From positions 114,119-178,118 of the forward strand of contig JACOXD010000004.1 of assembly GCA_016176465.1 (NCBI GenBank): a stretch of 64,000 nt of DNA. Reading direction: 5' to 3'. The DNA comes from Candidatus Daviesbacteria bacterium. GTDB taxonomy: Bacteria > Patescibacteriota > Microgenomatia > Daviesbacterales > UBA10151. The notes beneath the pieces are model-generated. The model did not search any database, was not told the origin of the DNA, and saw only the letters and a program-made list of their open reading frames with translations. Made by a program: the position numbers and the translations under genes. This document shows positions 46,840 to 55,715 of the stretch, piece after piece (positions within the stretch are counted from its first letter, which is position 1; every line of letters begins with the position of its first letter).

Positions 46840-47665
46840 CCCTTAATCTATTAATAATCCCATCCATTCCACCCCATCCTGAAAGTAGGTACTGTTGGAT
46901 TATGCCGATTAATGTAAACATATTCCAGTAAACAGAAAGGCCGGTCGGGAATTGCCAGGAGAAAAAACCAATCATAACCGGCATCATATAAACCATTTGC
47001 CCCTGGATAGCACTCATAGCATCCTCAGCTTTCTCTTTCTCTTTCATCTCTTTAGGTAAATCTGAAGGATATTTTTTAACAGGCTTTGGCATAATCATTT
47101 TTGATTGAATAAAGGTCAATACCGCTGTTAAGAGTGGGATCAAAAGCAAGAGGTAACCGTGTTGGACAAACTCAGCAGGCTTATAAGTTAGGTTGATCCC
47201 TAAAAAATTAGGATCAGGGGGGGAAGATAACTTCATGACAGGAAAATATAGCATTTCGTTAATTTGTTTTAAACCACTCGGACCGGAAAAAAAAGCAAAA
47301 ATCGCCTGATAAAGCGCGATTAGAATTGGAAACTGAATTAAAGTAGGCAGACACCCAGCAGCAGGATTGACCCCATGTTCTTTATATAACTGCATTTGGG
47401 CTTTGGCAAAAGCTTGTTTATCCCCTGCATGCTTTTTTTTAAGCTCATCCATATGAGGCTTTAAATCAGCCATTTTTTTAGCAGATTTTAATTGCCGAGA
47501 AATTGCCGGCCAAGTAACTAGCCTTATAAGTAAAGTTAAAATAATAATGGAAAATCCTAACGCTCCTGGGATTCCCAGGTATTGAAGTGTATTGATTAAA
47601 AATACCAACAAGTTAATTAAGGGAGCTAAAAAAACAGTATTGAATAAATCAAAAATTACCTGCAC
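46805..47665 (-). CDS. yidC: Membrane protein insertase YidC (short, Gram-positive/CPR type)
   Basis: The YidC/Oxa1 60-kDa-IMP core (GVNPAAGCLPTLIQFPILIALYQAI..., WQFPTGLSVYW). The order rpmH-rnpA-yidD-yidC-jag is conserved. Confidence 0.8.
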   Translation of the reverse strand: MQVIFDLFNTVFLAPLINLLVFLINTLQYLGIPGALGFSIIILTLLIRLVTWPAISRQLKSAKKMADLKPHMDELKKKHAGDKQAFAKAQMQLYKEHGVNPAAGCLPTLIQFPILIALYQAIFAFFSGPSGLKQINEMLYFPVMKLSSPPDPNFLGINLTYKPAEFVQHGYLLLLIPLLTAVLTFIQSKMIMPKPVKKYPSDLPKEMKEKEKAEDAMSAIQGQMVYMMPVMIGFFSWQFPTGLSVYWNMFTLIGIIQQYLLSGWGGMDGIINRLRGVNGKGGSHGE

Positions 47666-47874
47666 GAAATTATCCTCCTTAATCCTAAATAAACTCCTCT
47701 AATGCTGCCATACTCAGCAATCATTTGCTTTGTATACTGCGAACAAGTTGGGTAATTTCGACAACTTCCTCCCGGAGCAAAGTAAGATAAAACACCATGA
47801 TCAAATGAAAGGAATTTTTGGTAAAAATCAATTAGGGATAATAATATCTTGGACATTTTGTAAATCTTTAGCAA
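47656..47874 (-). CDS. yidD: Membrane protein insertion efficiency factor YidD
   Basis: CRNYPTCSQY...RCHP-like Cys motif (CRxxPTCSxY) in a 72-aa protein, in the conserved position. Confidence 0.7.
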   Translation of the reverse strand: MLKIYKMSKILLSLIDFYQKFLSFDHGVLSYFAPGGSCRNYPTCSQYTKQMIAEYGSIRGVYLGLRRIISCR

Positions 47875-48163
47875 CCAAAGTAGGATTTGCTTTTAAAATA
47901 TTGACTTTAGGCATGATAACTAAATTCAAATTTTTAATCAATAGCGGATAAGTTAGGTCAGTAGCGCTGAAAGCTAATCTTTTAGCCTTGTTTCGCTGTG
48001 TTGATTTAGGAAAGTATATTTTAGAAAGGGCAATTCCAATTAAGGGATTTTCATTTTCTCCGAGTCTAAAATTAAGTTTTAAATATTTTGTTTCTTTTTT
48101 ATCTCCTTTGGCTACCCACTTAAAACTTTTTGATAAATTTAGCCTTTTATTTTTAGGAAGCAT
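47828..48163 (-). CDS. rnpA: RNase P protein component RnpA
   Basis: A basic 111-aa protein with a KNKRLNLSKSFK RNR-like motif, located between rpmH and yidD. Confidence 0.7.
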   Translation of the reverse strand: MLPKNKRLNLSKSFKWVAKGDKKETKYLKLNFRLGENENPLIGIALSKIYFPKSTQRNKAKRLAFSATDLTYPLLIKNLNLVIMPKVNILKANPTLVAKDLQNVQDIIIPN

Positions 48164-48173
48164 AGGAAAAAGT

Positions 48174-48314
48174 TTAGATTGTTAAACGATGAGCACCTTT
48201 TAACCGTCTTCGTTTCAAAATTAACTGTCCGGTTTTAGAAGACATTCGAGCCCTAAATCCATGTTTTTTTTGGCGCTTAGCTTTTTTAGGCTGGTAGGTA
48301 CGTTTAGTAGACAT
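48174..48314 (-). CDS. rpmH: Ribosomal protein L34
   Basis: [46 protein letters not shown] is near-consensus L34. The longer track ORF (to 48401) is a spurious 5' extension through oriC sequence. Confidence 0.85.
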   Translation of the reverse strand: MSTKRTYQPKKAKRQKKHGFRARMSSKTGQLILKRRRLKGAHRLTI

Positions 48315-48401
48315 GGGGACAAGTATACTATACTTACCCGGGATACGAAATATGTAATATGAAATATGTTTACTTATTGTGTCTCGTATTCCGTATCTCA
48401 T

Positions 48402-48488
48402 ATCACATATCCCAAAAATATATTTGATCCATTAATTAATAGTTTCTCTCTCTTTACCTGTTGATAACTTATCCACTAATATAGCTTC
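48402..48488. promoter_or_regulatory. rpmH-dnaA intergenic region with DnaA-box-like 9-mers (oriC part 1 / dnaA promoter)
   Basis: TTATCCACT at about 48466-48474, and TTGATAAC (the complement, TTATCAACA-like) at about 48457-48465. An adjacent AT-rich repeat tract (ATACGAAATATG / ATATGAAATATG) lies at 48330-48400. Confidence 0.45.
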
Positions 48489-49820
48489 ATGGACGAAAAG
48501 GAGAGAAAAAAGATCTGGACGAAGATAACTGATGTTATTAAAGAAGAAATCTCATCAGCCAATTTTAGAACCTGGTTTTCTCAAACAGTGCTGGGAGAAA
48601 TAAGTAATGAAAAGATGGTGATATTTGTCACTTCTGCATTCATTAAAAACCAGCTCTTATCACGCTATCAATCTTTACTTGAAGAGGCTATTGAAAAAAC
48701 TTTGGGCAAAAAAATGGTGGTTGAATGTAAAATAAACACCACAATCAACTCAATTTCGGAAGAAAGTTTTGAGCTGGAAACTCCTCCACGACTACAATCT
48801 TTTGTAGGCCTTAACCCAAGATATACTTTAGCCAATTTTGTGGTTGGATTAACCAATAACTTAGCTTATGCAGCGGCTCAAGCCGTTGTCCAAAACCCAG
48901 GCATCTCTTATAACCCTTTATTTATTTACGGTCCATCAGGGGTAGGGAAGACTCACCTGATGCAAGCTATTGGTAATGCCATTTTTGGCAAAAATTCCTA
49001 CTCAAAAATAGTTTATGCTCCCTCAGAACGCTTTATGGTTGATTTTGTGGATTCAATTCAAAATAAAAAAACAGGAGATTTCCGCTCAAAATACCGATCC
49101 TCCAATTTATTATTAATAGATGATATCCAGTTCATAGCTGGAAAAGATTCCACACAGGAGGAGTTTTTCCATACTTTTAATGAATTACACTCCAAAAATT
49201 GCCAGATTGTTTTGACTTCAGATAGACCTCCTAATGAAATGGTAAAATTAGAATCCAGGTTACTCTCCAGATTCCAAGGGGGATTAATGGTGGACATTCA
49301 ATTACCTGACTTTGATACCCGGATGGCAATATTAAAAACTAAATTAAAAGAGCGAGAAGAAACCCTTCCTGAGGAATATCTTAAGCTAATTGCTGAAAAT
49401 ATAGAATCCAACACAAGAGAGCTTGAAGGGAAGCTTATTCAAATACTGCAAATGAGCAAACTAAGCAACCAACCCCTAAATGAAGACTCGGTTAGGAAGT
49501 TTTTGGGATCTAGACATAAACAATTATCAGCTAATATAGATCATAAAAAAGTTCTAACAACTTTAAATAACTATTTTAATATAAAAACAGCGGATTTAAC
49601 TGGTCCTAGACGGCAAAAAGAATTAGTTTTACCCAGGCATTTGGCAATGTATATTCTTTACGAAGAGTGCAAAATTCCCATGGAAAAGATTGGTCAAATT
49701 TTAGGAGGTAGGGATCACACTACTATTTTGCATGGGATTGAAAAAATAAGGGGTAATTTAGGAAGGGACCGGGAAGTACAAAGACTACTGATTGAAATAA
49801 AACAACAGCTTCTAAATTAA
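48489..49820 (+). CDS. dnaA: Chromosomal replication initiator DnaA
   Basis: AAA+ motifs: Walker A GPSGVGKTHL, Walker B LLLIDDIQF, sensor and arginine-finger regions. The C-terminal DNA-binding domain (LTGPRRQKELVLPRHLAMYIL..., IGQILGGRDHTTILHGIEKI). Confidence 0.9.
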   Translation: MDEKERKKIWTKITDVIKEEISSANFRTWFSQTVLGEISNEKMVIFVTSAFIKNQLLSRYQSLLEEAIEKTLGKKMVVECKINTTINSISEESFELETPPRLQSFVGLNPRYTLANFVVGLTNNLAYAAAQAVVQNPGISYNPLFIYGPSGVGKTHLMQAIGNAIFGKNSYSKIVYAPSERFMVDFVDSIQNKKTGDFRSKYRSSNLLLIDDIQFIAGKDSTQEEFFHTFNELHSKNCQIVLTSDRPPNEMVKLESRLLSRFQGGLMVDIQLPDFDTRMAILKTKLKEREETLPEEYLKLIAENIESNTRELEGKLIQILQMSKLSNQPLNEDSVRKFLGSRHKQLSANIDHKKVLTTLNNYFNIKTADLTGPRRQKELVLPRHLAMYILYEECKIPMEKIGQILGGRDHTTILHGIEKIRGNLGRDREVQRLLIEIKQQLLN

Positions 49821-50002
49821 ATATCCACATTTCCCCTTTAGTTATCCACATACTTTTCCACAATTTTAAAGTATTTTTCAACACGAAAAAAGTTCGAAAT
49901 CTATTCTTAAATTGCTTGGTTTTTAAACTTATGCACATGCTCTATAATAGCTATTACTAATTTGAATATATTATATTTATCTAGAAATAAGTGGACAACT
50001 AA
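49821..50002. promoter_or_regulatory. oriC DnaA-box cluster with an AT-rich unwinding region, between dnaA and dnaN
   Basis: ATATCCACA (49821-49829), TTATCCACA (49842-49850), TTTTCCACA (about 49854-49862), TTATGCACA (about 49928-49936), and an inverted TTGTCCACT (about 49989-49998). These are interspersed with AT tracts (TTTTAAAGTATTTTT, TATAATAGCTATTACTAATTTGAATATATTATATTTAT). Confidence 0.65.
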
Positions 50003-50461
50003 ATGGAAATAAATTGGGTTGTTATTTTATTTATTGTACTTGGGTTGATAATTGCTTATTTAATCGGCAGACTGCAAGCAAAACCAAAATCAAGCGATAT
50101 TCCACAAGATTTCATAGATTTGTATAAACAAGTTGAAGGACTACCTTTAAGAGTTTTACAAACCATTCAAGGCTCAATTAATCCCCAGAAAGGAAAAATG
50201 GCAGAGCTTTTAACCTATGCAGAGCTTAGATATGATTATGATCGGATCATTCCGCTAGGTTGGCCAATTGATTTTATTGGAATTAAAAATAATGAGCGGA
50301 TTGATTTTATAGAAGTTAAATCAGGAAACTTTGCACTCTTGACAGATGAGGAAAAACACATTAAAAACCTTATAGTTAAAGGATCTGTTCATTTTAGATT
50401 AATTAAAGTAACAGAAGAAGAAATTTCTAAATTTATTTCTGCCCAAAAGGAAGGAAATTGA
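50003..50461 (+). CDS. Membrane-anchored PD-(D/E)xK nuclease-fold protein (YraN/Hjc-like), inserted between dnaA and dnaN
   Basis: An N-terminal TM helix (WVVILFIVLGLIIAYLIG). The pattern GKMAELLTYAELRYDYDRIIPLGWPIDFIGIKNNERIDFIEVKSG matches the E...(x)GEiDlia....e..fVEVK.R arrangement of YraN (UPF0102) and Hjc nucleases. Confidence 0.45.
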   Translation: MEINWVVILFIVLGLIIAYLIGRLQAKPKSSDIPQDFIDLYKQVEGLPLRVLQTIQGSINPQKGKMAELLTYAELRYDYDRIIPLGWPIDFIGIKNNERIDFIEVKSGNFALLTDEEKHIKNLIVKGSVHFRLIKVTEEEISKFISAQKEGN

Positions 50462-50477
50462 CAGTAATCAATTAACA

Positions 50478-51587
50478 ATGAAGATTACAATACTCCAGCA
50501 GGATTTGGTTGGTCCTCTCCAGGCAGTTTCCCGCTCAACCGGAAAGAGTAATTTACCAGTGCTTGCTAATATCTTAATCCAAACAGAAGCAGGTAAACTT
50601 AAACTCTCTGCCACTAACTTAGAGATAGGGGTTATAAAAAAAGTTAATGCAAAGGTGGAAGAAGATGGAGAAATCACTGTCCCATCAAGAACCTTTCTTG
50701 ATGTTATAACCTCACTAACAGGTGAAAAAATAACTTTAGAGGGCTCACTTGACCAATTAAAAATTTCTACCAGTAGTTTTAAAGCATCCATTAATGGGAT
50801 CCCAGCTAATGAATTTCCCTCAATTCCTTTAGCATCAGAGCAATCAGTTGTTTTAGATGCTTTTATACTAAAGCAGTCTTTGCCTGAGATTACTTTTGCA
50901 GCAGCTGTTGATGAGGGAAGGCCTATTTTAACTGGAATTTTAACTGAAATAAAAAAGGATTCCCTAGAACTTGTTGCAACAGATGGTTTTAGATTGGCTC
51001 ATAAGAAGGTTAAGATATTAGGAGAAGGGGAGTTTAAAGCTTTAATTCCCAGAAAGACTTTTGAAGAAATTGTTAGGTTAATTGATGAAGATTTAGTAAA
51101 CAGTAAAGAAGAAAAAGTGGAAATGGCAACAGCCGAAGGTCAAAACCAGATTATTTTTAAAATTGGCCAAACTGAACTTTCCTCTCGCTTAATTGAAGGA
51201 AATTTCCCATCCTGGGATAAAATAATCCCAAAAGAGTTTGAAAACAGAACTATTATTGAAAAGGGGGAACTTGCCAAAGCTGTCAAGCTGGCCTCAGTCT
51301 TTGCAAAAGACGTCGCTAATATTATAAAGATCCAAACCAGTGAAAATAAAATTATAGTCTCATCAGAGACAAAGGAGTTAGGTTCACAGGAAAGTGAAGT
51401 TGAATGCCTTGTTGAGGGCTCCCCTTTAATTATTGCTTTTAATGGTCGCTTTTTATCAGACGTACTAGCAGCTTGTTCCACTTCGCAAATTGCCATAGAA
51501 TTTTCCGGATCTTTATCAGCTGCGCTGCTTAAGCCAGTTGGGGAAGAGGGGTTAGAATATATTATTATGCCTGTTCGCTTAACTTAG
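50478..51587 (+). CDS. dnaN: DNA polymerase III beta sliding clamp DnaN
   Basis: MKITILQQDLVGPLQAVSRSTGKSNLPVLANILIQTEAGKLKLSATNLEIGV... with three-domain clamp architecture, in the conserved position after dnaA. Confidence 0.85.
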   Translation: MKITILQQDLVGPLQAVSRSTGKSNLPVLANILIQTEAGKLKLSATNLEIGVIKKVNAKVEEDGEITVPSRTFLDVITSLTGEKITLEGSLDQLKISTSSFKASINGIPANEFPSIPLASEQSVVLDAFILKQSLPEITFAAAVDEGRPILTGILTEIKKDSLELVATDGFRLAHKKVKILGEGEFKALIPRKTFEEIVRLIDEDLVNSKEEKVEMATAEGQNQIIFKIGQTELSSRLIEGNFPSWDKIIPKEFENRTIIEKGELAKAVKLASVFAKDVANIIKIQTSENKIIVSSETKELGSQESEVECLVEGSPLIIAFNGRFLSDVLAACSTSQIAIEFSGSLSAALLKPVGEEGLEYIIMPVRLT

Positions 51588-52051
51588 GCACCCCTATACT
51601 CAATGGTTTTAAAATGGAAAATTACCGGATCGCTTAAGGTTTTATTATTTTCAAACTTGGTACCTACTTGAATATTTAATGTATATCCCTGGCCTAAGGA
51701 AAAAGGATCATTTGGAATAATTTTTAAGGTTTTATTATTATTAGTTAGCTCAACTTTAAAGTCTATATTGGGTTCAATAACTATTCTGGTTTCAGGGATA
51801 TTTACCAAGGGTTGGTTAAAATTAATCTCCAAAGTCTGTGTAGGTAAAATAGTAGCTTCCTCTAGTGGGGAAGGGTTAGTTGAGATAACCTTGGGAGTTT
51901 CATCTTTAGGTTCTTGGTCAGCTGTAATAGGAAAATCTTTAACAGGAGTTTCACTTTTTGAGTAAAGTCCACCTTGGAAAATAGCAATTAGTAAAAGTCC
52001 TAAAACAGTAATTATAATTATTAATGGTTTTTTTAATAAAGAGAATTTCAT
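51584..52051 (-). CDS. Membrane-anchored extracytoplasmic protein (hypothetical), the last gene of the T4SS-like cluster
   Basis: 155 aa with an N-terminal TM helix (LLKKPLIIIITVLGLLLIAIF) and a beta-rich ectodomain. Confidence 0.35.
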   Translation of the reverse strand: MKFSLLKKPLIIIITVLGLLLIAIFQGGLYSKSETPVKDFPITADQEPKDETPKVISTNPSPLEEATILPTQTLEINFNQPLVNIPETRIVIEPNIDFKVELTNNNKTLKIIPNDPFSLGQGYTLNIQVGTKFENNKTLSDPVIFHFKTIEYRGA

Positions 52052-52656
52052 TCTCTGATTAAGTCTTCTTTAATAGGTCCTGATTCATTAATATCCTCAC
52101 CAAATTCTCTAATGTATTTCTCAGCAGTGCTTGGTTTAAATAATTGTATTTCATAAACTTCCTCTGTAAAAGGATTCGCAATCAAGGCAACGCCTTTAGA
52201 GCTATAAATATGAGTTTCGATTAAGGGTCCATATGTCTTAGAGCCTTTTTTGATACTTTCCACTTCGCCAAATCTTTCCTTGAAGTAGGAAAGCTTGACA
52301 TAAGATGGATGATTTGTTTGTTCTGGAATATTTATTCTTTCAAAGATAACTTGGCCATCTTTAACAATTACTTGATCTGGTCTTACAGGATTAATGTAAG
52401 TTTCTAAATTATATTCAACCTTTCCCTCTCCCAGCTCTTTTTTCTCCTTTATTATTAAGTTTTTTTCTATCTCTTGGGAGTTGGTTTTCCCAATTATTGT
52501 TTTTTGTAAATCAGAAATTTTAGGTGGGGTTAAACTCTCTTGTGGTTTTTTTAAAAATATAATTAGTAAAAGTATTAATATTAAAATTAAAAGTAAAACT
52601 AAAATCAATATGAAAACTGGCTTATTTTTAGGTATTAAAAAATAAAATTTATCCAT
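52048..52656 (-). CDS. Membrane-anchored extracytoplasmic protein (hypothetical, in the T4SS-like cluster)
   Basis: 202 aa with an N-terminal TM helix (VFILILVLLLILILILLLIIFL). ATGA overlaps give translational coupling. Confidence 0.35.
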   Translation of the reverse strand: MDKFYFLIPKNKPVFILILVLLLILILILLLIIFLKKPQESLTPPKISDLQKTIIGKTNSQEIEKNLIIKEKKELGEGKVEYNLETYINPVRPDQVIVKDGQVIFERINIPEQTNHPSYVKLSYFKERFGEVESIKKGSKTYGPLIETHIYSSKGVALIANPFTEEVYEIQLFKPSTAEKYIREFGEDINESGPIKEDLIRE

Positions 52657-52657
52657 A

Positions 52658-53401
52658 TTAATAGTTTCCTAATATATAGTTTGCCACATTATAGTGAAGA
52701 GGGAAATCCTCTCTTAAGTTTGGCGGGTGATAATCTGGTGAACAAAGGACTGTTTGCAATTTAGTTTCTGGGTTTAAGTAGTAAGCAATAGTTTCTGCAA
52801 AATCCTCAGAAATGTTATTACTTTTAGTGCATTCATATGCGTGGTTGCCATACCAAGTAACTCCTTTCTCAACCGCATGGGCCCTGAGATAATCTGACCA
52901 GCGAATCTGTTCCCGGTTATTACAGTTTGCAATAACATGGCCTAGTTCGTGGATTAATATTAACTTAAAAAGGGTTTCATCTTGGTAGGTTCCTACGTAT
53001 ACACTAACGCCTTTGAAACATCCCACTTGGGAAGAATCACGAGGGACTGAAGCAAATATTGTTGAGCCACGTACGTAATCAAAAAATTTTGTGTGAGAAA
53101 CATCCCAAAATTTTTCCCAAGCCCAGCGTAAGTGCCTGGTTCCATAATTTCTCATGGTAATTCCAAATTTTTCTTTAATTGCCCCTTCCAATGCAGCATC
53201 AGGAATATCTGGAGCAGTAGCCCTTACTCCTAGCTGAAGGGAGTTAGATACTTGTGGTTTTTGATCTAAGGGAGCATCACCAACCCTGGTGATTACTGGG
53301 TTACTCTTAACTGATTCCTGTGCAAAAACCAAACTAATAGTTGGTGATACTAAAAATGATAATAAAATTAAGATGTAAGTTAGGATTTTCATAATTAACA
53401 A
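52658..53401 (-). CDS. Secreted HExxH zinc metallopeptidase-like protein
   Basis: An N-terminal signal peptide (MKILTYILILLSFLVSPTISLVFAQE) and the LILIHELGHVIANC HExxH motif. Cys-rich. Confidence 0.45.
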   Translation of the reverse strand: MLIMKILTYILILLSFLVSPTISLVFAQESVKSNPVITRVGDAPLDQKPQVSNSLQLGVRATAPDIPDAALEGAIKEKFGITMRNYGTRHLRWAWEKFWDVSHTKFFDYVRGSTIFASVPRDSSQVGCFKGVSVYVGTYQDETLFKLILIHELGHVIANCNNREQIRWSDYLRAHAVEKGVTWYGNHAYECTKSNNISEDFAETIAYYLNPETKLQTVLCSPDYHPPNLREDFPLHYNVANYILGNY

Positions 53402-53973
53402 CCCGGCGCCATCGGATCAAATTTATATCCGCTTCCGCGCAGCTTATTGGAGACTTCAAAATTCAGATAAAATACTGCCGGAACCTGGCAAATCCCCTCA
53501 TCGCTAAAACCTTGTTCTTTAAACCAGCTAACCGTCTCCTCTTTAGCAAGGTCAATATCTGTAGTTAAAATTTCTACCATAAATTCATCCGCTGCTTTTA
53601 CATACTCTACCTTAAAGGTAGAAGTTGTAATTAAAATAGAAGATTGGTTTCCAATTGATGAAAGCAAAGAATCTTTAGCCGCCTGGTCCAAAGAAGAGAG
53701 GGTTTGACGATTTTCTAATCTATCAAGCAATTTTTTGGTCTTTGGGCTTTCATAAGTTATTGGAGGTTGTGTAATTTCTGATGAAGGAGCTGGGGAGAAA
53801 CTTGGAACACTAGATGGCAAGGGAGAAGTTCTCAACTCTTTTTTAGAAAAAAGGCTAGAGATTATTATAAAAACTAACCCTAAGATGGCAATTAATAAAA
53901 TAATTATTAAAATTTTAGTATTTCCAGGAATTAAACTTAGCATCTTATTATCGCCTATACTTATCTTGGGCAC
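53395..53973 (-). CDS. Membrane-anchored extracytoplasmic protein (possible VirB8-like bitopic component)
   Basis: 192 aa with an N-terminal TM helix (ILIIILLIAILGLVFIIISSLF), a Ser/Pro linker and a globular C-domain. The topology matches VirB8-like proteins, but there is no motif evidence. Confidence 0.3.
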   Translation of the reverse strand: MPKISIGDNKMLSLIPGNTKILIIILLIAILGLVFIIISSLFSKKELRTSPLPSSVPSFSPAPSSEITQPPITYESPKTKKLLDRLENRQTLSSLDQAAKDSLLSSIGNQSSILITTSTFKVEYVKAADEFMVEILTTDIDLAKEETVSWFKEQGFSDEGICQVPAVFYLNFEVSNKLRGSGYKFDPMAPGC

Positions 53974-55713
53974 AGGCCCAGTAACCCCAGGTTCTACCTT
54001 TGGTTGCTAAGAAATTATTGTAATTGATTGCATTAGTCGTTTGTAAGGTCCAAACCACATCTCCATGGTCATACTGGCCATTTCTTCCTCTGCCCATCTG
54101 ATAAAGTCCCCATGCACCTTGCGGATCAGGTGACCCACTGAAGAAATCATTTGGGTTATAACTACTTTCACAAGGGATAATTACATTAAACCAGAAATAA
54201 GCGTTAGTTGGATCATTTTGCTCTATGAGGGTATATAAATCATCTTTAGTAAAATTACATTGGGGGTCACCATAATTTTGCCCCAATGGGTTATTTAACT
54301 TATACCTTCCACTACATGTGTCATTATTTGCAGGAACATTTCCGGTAGTTGGAATGGTTCCAGCTCCACTAGTTGAGGTTATCTTTGCATCAGCACTGTT
54401 TACTACCCAAATATTATCATCAAGTGGGGCAACAACTAAAGCTAGTTGTTTAGTTTGACCTGAGGAAAGAGAGAATTGCCAGGTGACCACCTTACCTCTG
54501 CATTATCAGGGATAATATCTGTTACCTCAATATTAGCTATTCCTTGACCTAGGTATCCAACATTAATTGTGTATACAATAGGTTGTCCATTAGCAACCGC
54601 TCCATCAACCCCCCCTGGCCCTGTTTTAGAAATTGCTAATTGTTTGGAAGAAGATAGATTTTGGCCAGGAACTCCTCCTCCAAAAAGATTTAAAAGCATT
54701 GCCCCAAAAATTATCAAAAAAAGTAATCCTATAAAAAGTAGAGCTAATCTTTTATCAGCGATGGTCCTGGTTGGACCAAAGCGCCTAAACCTTCCAAAAA
54801 ACCGCCCTCCATTCCCTAGAAGTCTACCTCTTCCTGAGAAAATTCTTCCCAGATTAATATTTGGCCGCCAGGAGAACATATTTCTTAAAGGCATCCTAAA
54901 AGTTCTGGAGCTACCACTACTGCCTCTAAGGATGCCCATAAAACCTAAAATTCGATTACTAAAAAAAGCACCGCCTAATCCGCCAATGGCAGCGCCACCC
55001 CAGCTTCCGACTATTCCACCCATGACTGCCCCAGCACCGCCAGTCCATAAAGCAGGCTTACTTAAGATTTTTTTAAATGGAACAGTGTTAATTTTATTGA
55101 GAGGAATTTTAGAGAGGAGGTTGCTACTTCTTTGAAAAAAACTCCCTAAATTTTGCCTAATATTAATTGGTGCTCGCGGAATAGGACTTGGAGCAGGAGG
55201 CGAAGAAGGAGTAGGTGTTGTTGGAGTTGGAGGTTGACTCGGTTGGGGCTGAGGAGGGCTGGCGGGTGGCTGTGGAGGTTGTTGGGGAGGAAAGGGGGCT
55301 TGGTGGGGGAGGCTTGCTGGTGCAGAAGCTCCTCCATGAGATGGAGTAGGAGATGGTGTTTCTTGTTGTGACTGCTGGGCTAACTCAGCTTGTTCTGCCT
55401 CTGCTTCTTGTCTAAATTGCTCAATAACCTCTTTTGGCTCCTCAATTACTTTATTGGAATTCCAAATTTCATTTAGGTCAGGATCATTTCTTGCATAAGC
55501 AGTAGCAACAGTATCAATATAGCCTTCAGTTGTTGGCAAAACCTTAAATTTTGCTGGTAGAAATCTCTTGGAGTATTTAACAGCTAATTTTCGTGAAATG
55601 CGAGATGGAAACCCAGGGATGTTTAGGCTCCTAAATTGATCCTGCTTATTTTTATGAAACCTTAAAATTACGTTTAAAAGTGCTTTATGTAAACTAAACT
55701 GGACTAAAGCCAT
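53948..55713 (-). pseudogene. Surface protein with a Pro-rich region, a TM helix, a DUF11 conserved-repeat domain and a C-terminal VirB1-like lytic transglycosylase (SLT) domain. It is interrupted by a -1 frameshift at about 54442-54490 (track ORFs 54442..55713 and 53948..54490).
   Basis: Upstream ORF: PQQPPQPPASPPQPQPSQPPTPTTPTPSSPPAPSP, a Gly-rich segment, the TM LALLFIGLLFLIIFGAMLL, then a DUF11-like IVYTINVGYLGQGIANIEVTDIIPDNAEV. The DUF11 unit continues in the -1 frame as VVTWQFSLSSGQTKQLALVVAP. Downstream: SLT motifs CESSYNPN (ES), GAWGLYQM (GLMQ-like) and NAINYNN (AYN-like). Confidence 0.5.
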
Positions 55714-55715
55714 TT

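Noticed and set aside
48315-48401. N-terminal extension of the rpmH ORF ([29 protein letters not shown]...)
   Set aside because: L34 begins at MSTKRTYQP. The extension reads through AT-rich origin or promoter repeats.
50468-51496. Minus-strand ORFs 50468..50791 and 51140..51496 inside dnaN
   Set aside because: They are antisense to the conserved sliding-clamp gene and have no motifs.
54569-55371. Plus-strand ORFs (188 aa, 72 aa) rich in Pro, Arg and Leu
   Set aside because: They are the antisense of the Pro-rich region of the VirB1-like surface protein gene.
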